64,000 nucleotides of DNA from Perna viridis. Lineage: Eukaryota. Location: NCBI GenBank assembly GCA_037379345.1, contig CM074511.1, positions 13,020,001 through 13,084,000 of the forward strand, in the 5' to 3' direction. This document shows, in pieces, positions 58,304 through 64,000 of the stretch (position 1 is the stretch's first letter; each line of letters starts with the position of its first letter). The translations under genes were made by a program, and so were the position numbers. Under the pieces are notes generated by a model. That model had not been told where the DNA came from, searched no databases, and saw only the letters and a program-made list of their open reading frames with translations.

Positions 58304-61300
58304 TCAGACTTCAGTCCCGTGAGGTACGGCCGACTGAGACAGAGATCCTTTGGACCTGACCTTCTTACTGGATGACTGTAATGATGACGATGATGGTCCC
58401 CTGACACCTAACATGGTCTGACTAGTCTGTGTACCCAGTGATTCACCACTACTGTTTACACCCTGGGAACTTCCTGATGCCTGTAACCAATGATAAAATA
58501 GATATGATTAACAATTATTCCTAACAATGTATTTTACTAGTCAAGTGTGAATAAAATTTATACAACCATAACGAATCATTCTTATGAAGTCTGATGAGTA
58601 AAATACATCAGAGGCTCAAGACAGCCTGAATCGCTCACCTGGTTAGCAATTTGCTTATTTGAAAAACATGAGGAATGAGACAGGCTAAGTAAAAATTAAC
58701 TGAATTGTCAAATGCAGAAAATGCTTATAATAGCATTTTTATGACCTGAACCAGAATTTAGTTAAAGGAAACAATTTTTGAATTATTTTCAAAAAACTGT
58801 CTTCCGACACTTATGTTCCATTTTTAGTACAGGCAGCCATATTTATTCACAGATGAAAAATCGCAAGTCATTTCCAGCACAATACACTAAAGAACCAATA
58901 AGCTTATTTTTATTAAATGATATTAAATAATTTTAGAGAAGATTTACAAAGTTGCACATGTGGGAGAAAAAAAATGCTTCAGGGGCTGTAACTCCTACAT
59001 CAGTTGACAAATCGTTTTTAACATTTCAGGGTAAGTCAATCTAATGTTTACGTTTATGTATTATGTTAAATACAGTCGAACCTTGTTAAGTCGAGGTCGA
59101 AGGGACCATGCAAAAATGTTAAAGTTATCCAAGGTTCGAGTAATCCGAGGTCGAGGATAAACCGGAATACTAGTAGTTTGGTCCATGACTGTTTCTGTAT
59201 TTACATCATTTGTTGTGCTTGTACATGTACATGTACATGTACTTCACATTGCACGGTACTTTGTAAAGTCATGCGTTTCATATCGGAAGATTTTTTTTTT
59301 TGTATGTTGTATATCCTGTTTGATATACTGAACGGTAATGAGTGTTTTAGTGAAATTTCCTTTTTTATTTTTCTTATATTAAAAATGTCATAGTTCATAA
59401 TATGCTGCTTCGTTTGATTCACAATCAGTAGTATCGTCAAACCATGTGCTCTACAGTATTACGATAATATTTCAAATTCACCAACGAAACGAATATAGTC
59501 GTTGAAATACCCTCACTATTGTCTGTTTGGTGTTTCATGAAATAGTCTGATACCATTACAATTCATCTGTATTTTAAAAACTGTTAGTGTAAATTCCGAC
59601 GTGTTATTAATAAAATTCGTTTCTTTTAACAACATGCACAATTTTAAATTAATTAAATAAACAAGCCATAAAGAGTGTCAATAAATAAATTTTAAAAGCC
59701 ATGCTAATTGTTGTTAAAAAACACTTCGATCATGGTTTATAATAAAGCAATCAGTTTTCCGACTAATTAGTTGACTTCGAAACATCAGGGTTAATTAACC
59801 TCGAAGTCCTATTGAGGGGACTAATTGATTACCTCAAGTTATCCCAGGTTTCTATTCATCTGAGTTCGAGTCATCCGAGGTAAAATTGTATTTGAGTAAA
59901 GGGAGTTTTGCTGGGACTTTGTAATTAGTTCGAGTTATCCGAGATTTCGAGTAATCCGAGTTCAACACATCGAGGTTCGACTGTAATAATACCCTGTCAG
60001 AATTTTGCTGAAGTTAACAGTTCTTGAGTTAATTGCAAAAAACTGCTTCCCAACTCCTATGTTCAATTTTTAGTAAGGGTGGCTATGTTTTTTTCACAGA
60101 TAAAAAATATCAACAGTCAATTTGTGTGGGAGAGTCTAAGGTACAAATATGCAAACTTTCAATGAATTCTGTAAAATGGTTTTTGAGAAGATTTTCAAAG
60201 TTGTACATGCAAAAAATGGCAAAAAAACTGTTTCAGGGGCTGCAACTCCTACATCAAATGATGAATTGTTTCGAAAAATAATGTTGAACCCTGCCAGAAT
60301 TTTTCTAAAGGCAATGGTTTTTTGAGTTATTTGCCAAAAGATGCCTTCTGGTCCCTTTTTTTCTTTTTATAGTAACGGCAGCCATGTTTTCTCACATATC
60401 ATAAATCCCAACAGGCATTTTGTGCATAATACTCCAAGGAACAATCATGCCCAGTTTTCATCCTGTTGGCCTAGTAGTTTCAGACGAGGAGATTTTCGAA
60501 AATTTGTCAATGACGACAATGACAACAATGGACGCCAAGTGATGACAAGCTGACTTGGCCTATGGCCAGGTGAGCTAATAATATAGATAATAGGAATTTT
60601 ATTGACCTGATTATTGCAATGGAAACACCCTAAATTACTTCTCGTCAGAGAGCAACATTGGATTTATCATCAAAACAAATGGAAAATTTAGTCACAAATG
60701 AAAAACACTACAGAGCTTGTTTCATAACTAAACTATACCATCTCTCAGTTTCTGTGATATGTAATAAGAAATGTTGTGAGAGATGAATAAAATAAGTTGG
60801 TAATTGCAGTCAAATACCATTTTAATCATATTTTTACTGATTTGTTCAACTTACCACGCCACTGTCTAGTGATCCACCACTGCTACCTCTCCTCATCCCC
60901 TGAACTGCAAAAAAAAAAAATAACAAAAACTAAATAGAGTTATCTCCCTTACACCATTTGTGCAATGAAATAAATACAGGTAGGTTGATCATAATTTCTG
61001 TAACAAATTTTAAGAATTATCTGTTGAGATAAAATATACATCATATCTTTAAAAATGTAATTTGCAATAATGTTTTTCTCCTGAAAACACTCAAACATGA
61101 ACAGACAATAACAAATGAGATGTGATAAAATTATGACAACAAATATGAAGCACATTGACCTTGCAGAGAGAGAAAGATACTAAATAGAATAAATGTCATA
61201 GAAAACAAAGCTATAAATCTAAATGGTTTTCTAATGTAAATTAAAAATTTGACCTGAATCATAGGATGGAAACTTTTTTTAAAGGAAAGAACTATTGCAG

Positions 61301-62879
61301 ATATGCTAAATACTATAATCATTCTGTTAAAGTATACATCTACAAGTTTAATACAGAATATGCTGTTTATAGATTGTTCTCAAGACACAAAATGCTTTTG
61401 TTCCCTAGGTAAAAAGCAAGTTAAAATTATGAATATGATGAATAGCTTCAAAAGCAAAACAAATCTTTCTCAGAACAGGGAAAAAACAAAAACATTCACA
61501 CGAATGTATCACAGAATTAGATCCACCAAATAATGACAACAACAAAAGCATGAATGGGATGGAGAAACAAATAAAACCGTTTCTACAAAAAGAATTGATT
61601 CTGTTACATACAACACAAAAATCAAAGAATCAATAGGAAAAGTTGTTTAAAGCTATGAAAGATGTTTTAAAAACCCAAACTTTTAAATTTTCAAATAAAC
61701 GAATAATGCACAATCATCATGAAAATAAGATTAACAAAATAGTTGTTAAGAAGCAATGTATTAATTGAAGACTGCATACCAAGACTGATAAGATGAATAA
61801 ATAAATGCATTGTTTTAATTTGACAGTCCTATACATGCTTTAACAGATTTCTAGGACAGAAAGAAAATAATGATCTTTTGAAAGAATGCAAGTCAAGAAT
61901 AACAGCATGAATATTAAGCATGATAAGTTGTTTGATAAATTTTAGAATATGAAAATGATGAATGATTGACTTTTGAATACTTTTAACATATTGTCAATCT
62001 TTTGCTGAGGTACTTCTCACATCTTGGGTGAAACATCAACTTGCCAATCATATCTGTAGCAATGTACATCTTGATCTATTGGCAATTATTAGGATCAAAG
62101 ATGCCATGACAACAACATGTCAGTTTTCACTAGAATTAATCATGACTATACTTTATAGAAGATAATTATTCTTAAGAGTTTAACACGTTGGTGGCTTTTT
62201 TCAAACACATTAAATGAATATAAATATTTTTTCCCAGAGAAAAGCATACAGATTTTGCCATATGATAAGTATGCATCAAGAGGTCATAGCTTAAAGATTA
62301 ATTGTGCTGTGAATTCATCAGAAGTATAAATATTTTTCATGAAAAGTTGATGTCATATTCTGCGACTCAAAATTGAAGTTATAAAAAATTAAAAAAAAAT
62401 AAAATAAAAATACGCATGTACTGTTAAGTCATCACTCAAAAACCTAATTGTAAGATAATTTGACTATGTGTACACATACAAGACTGTAGTGTCAGTATTC
62501 TGCTACACCTATTAAAAATATATCACAATCTATGACTAATAGTTAAAACTTCAATGATGCAGCTATGGATATTTCTTTAATGTTAGTCTCTTAAGATTCC
62601 TATCAGATTCTCAGCAAAAGAATGAACAATGTATGCAGTCTTCTATACAAACACAACATGCATACCTTCACATAGATCAGTAAGAGAATTGGACAGATGA
62701 AGCTGTTTCAAGCCACCACATTCAGGGGCAGATAATCTATTTAATGCAGGGTCAGAGGGTTTTGACAATTCGTACATTAAAACCCTGGAATCGTCATTTG
62801 CATATCTTTCTAATGAGTTGTGGTTGGCACTCTGTTTGTTTAATTCATCTTCAATTCTTAGTTGTTCCATTCCATTGCA
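58304..62879 (-). CDS. IQSEC: 3' end of an IQ motif and Sec7 domain ArfGEF (IQSEC/BRAG/schizo family). Exons 62666-62879, 60855-60904, 58304-58480; the gene continues beyond the window
   Basis: MEQLRIEDELNKQ...GLKQLHLSNSLTDLCE-VQGMRRGSSGGSLDSGV resembles the post-PH segment of IQSEC proteins as I recall it (MEKYRIESELEKQ...GLKRSALSSSLRDLSE...RRSSAGSLESNV). It ends in a class I PDZ ligand, GTEV-stop. Splice phases 1 and 0 are consistent. Confidence 0.8.
58604..60578 (-). mobile_element. HINE-like element in the last IQSEC intron, interrupted by a MITE
   Basis: Ends GAGGCTCAAGACAGCCTGAATCGCTCACCTGG and GGCCTATGGCCAGGTGAGCTAA mirror 45447-46281; internal repeats contain TTCAGGGGCTG.AACTCCTACATCA. 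Confidence 0.7.
59073..59983. mobile_element. Tc1/mariner (pogo/Tigger-like) MITE nested in the HINE
   Basis: TIRs CAGTCGAACCT / AGGTTCGACTG, TA flanks, subterminal TTCGAGT.ATCCGAG repeats at both ends. Confidence 0.85.
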
Positions 62880-64000
62880 CTGTAAGAGAAAAGATTGAAT
62901 TTTTAGATGATTTTAATGTACACAATGGCTGCATTACCACACAAAGAAAATAATACTTCTTTGTGAAAGCCTTGTGTATTGTTAGTTAGTAGAAAAAGTA
63001 GGAGAATATATTTTATTGTCACATCAAACATTTTGCATTTAAAGTATTCTTCAAGCTATAAATTTCATTTGATAAAAGACGAAAAAAAAATTTTTTGTAA
63101 AGATTATCAATAAAATCTGCATTCAATATAATTACATAATTTTTGACAGAATCTAATGTACAGCAGAAAACAGAGCCTGTCAAGCTTTTAATATATTAAA
63201 CATGAAAAAAATATATATATATATATACAGAGATTTTAACAAAAGTAAGAACCATACAAGTTTTTCAGTTAATTGGTGTTTAAAATTGAAAGAGAATTTC
63301 AATCTGTTAACTATAAAGACATGGGTGCATACAAAAACACCAGTTTCATTTTACAGATATACCTTGAAGATAATAACAAGTTTAAGTAAAAAAATGTATT
63401 TTTTAAATGGGTAACTAACATTATATACAGCTTATCATGATGTAATATTTTACATCCCTCCATTGAATAGGTATAAAAACAGCATGTTATACAAGCAAAA
63501 AATGTAAAAACAAAAATGCTGAAGTTCTGAAGTATGTTCATCAGTGAAGACAGATCAGATAAATTGTGTAATTTAGTTTCTCTAATTTGTATTTAATCAC
63601 CAACTGATGAGTGGAAATGAACAGTTCTCTAATGTTACTGGTTCCCTGCCGTGAAACTGAATTGTAAACATACTGCAGTTGTCTATTTCGGAGATAAGTA
63701 AATAACAGAACAGCAAGGTTACATAACTAATGCATCTTCCCTAATGAACAGATGCTCTGCTATGTGCACCAGACTATAAACTGATGTTTTTACATCGTTG
63801 TCTCCATATTCAATGTTATCAAAGAGCAGAGGAATAAAAATGGGTGTTGATTACAACCTGTCTTTACTGAAATGAACGAGGACAACACCCTACTCCATAT
63901 CACATTTCATGTCTATTTTGTTTGGAACTTGTAACTTTACAGAATTATATAATCGAAATATAAGAGTAAAAATTGTGCAATAAAACTTTAAATACTTCTT

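Overview
AT-rich, intron-rich animal genomic DNA; the repeat families suggest a bivalve, probably a mytilid (inference). It is not prokaryotic, so most ORF-track entries are exon read-throughs or noise. Four spliced protein-coding genes were reconstructed by hand from GT-AG junctions with consistent phases: (1) the 3' end of an unidentified gene (+, 1-2107); (2) a complete KDM5/JARID1 H3K4 demethylase (-, 31 coding exons, 15196-38353, about 1838 aa); (3) a complete CCDC77 (+, 10 exons, 41867-52376, about 493 aa), head-to-head with KDM5; (4) the last three exons of an IQSEC/BRAG ArfGEF (-, 58304-62879). The most notable non-coding observations are two paralogous box H/ACA RNAs in KDM5 introns with compensatory changes and no guide target I can assign, and a structured, partly GC-rich island (about 38860-39420) between KDM5 and CCDC77 with telomerase-RNA-like topology but a non-canonical template-like motif (unproven). 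Other points of interest are a five-fold tandem duplication of a KDM5 splice acceptor plus exon start, an LxCxE-bearing acidic tail on KDM5, and the KDM5-CCDC77-IQSEC gene order. The window also holds many non-autonomous transposons (Tc1/mariner-, hAT-, CACTA- and Harbinger-like MITEs, Helentron-like elements, SINE-like repeats).
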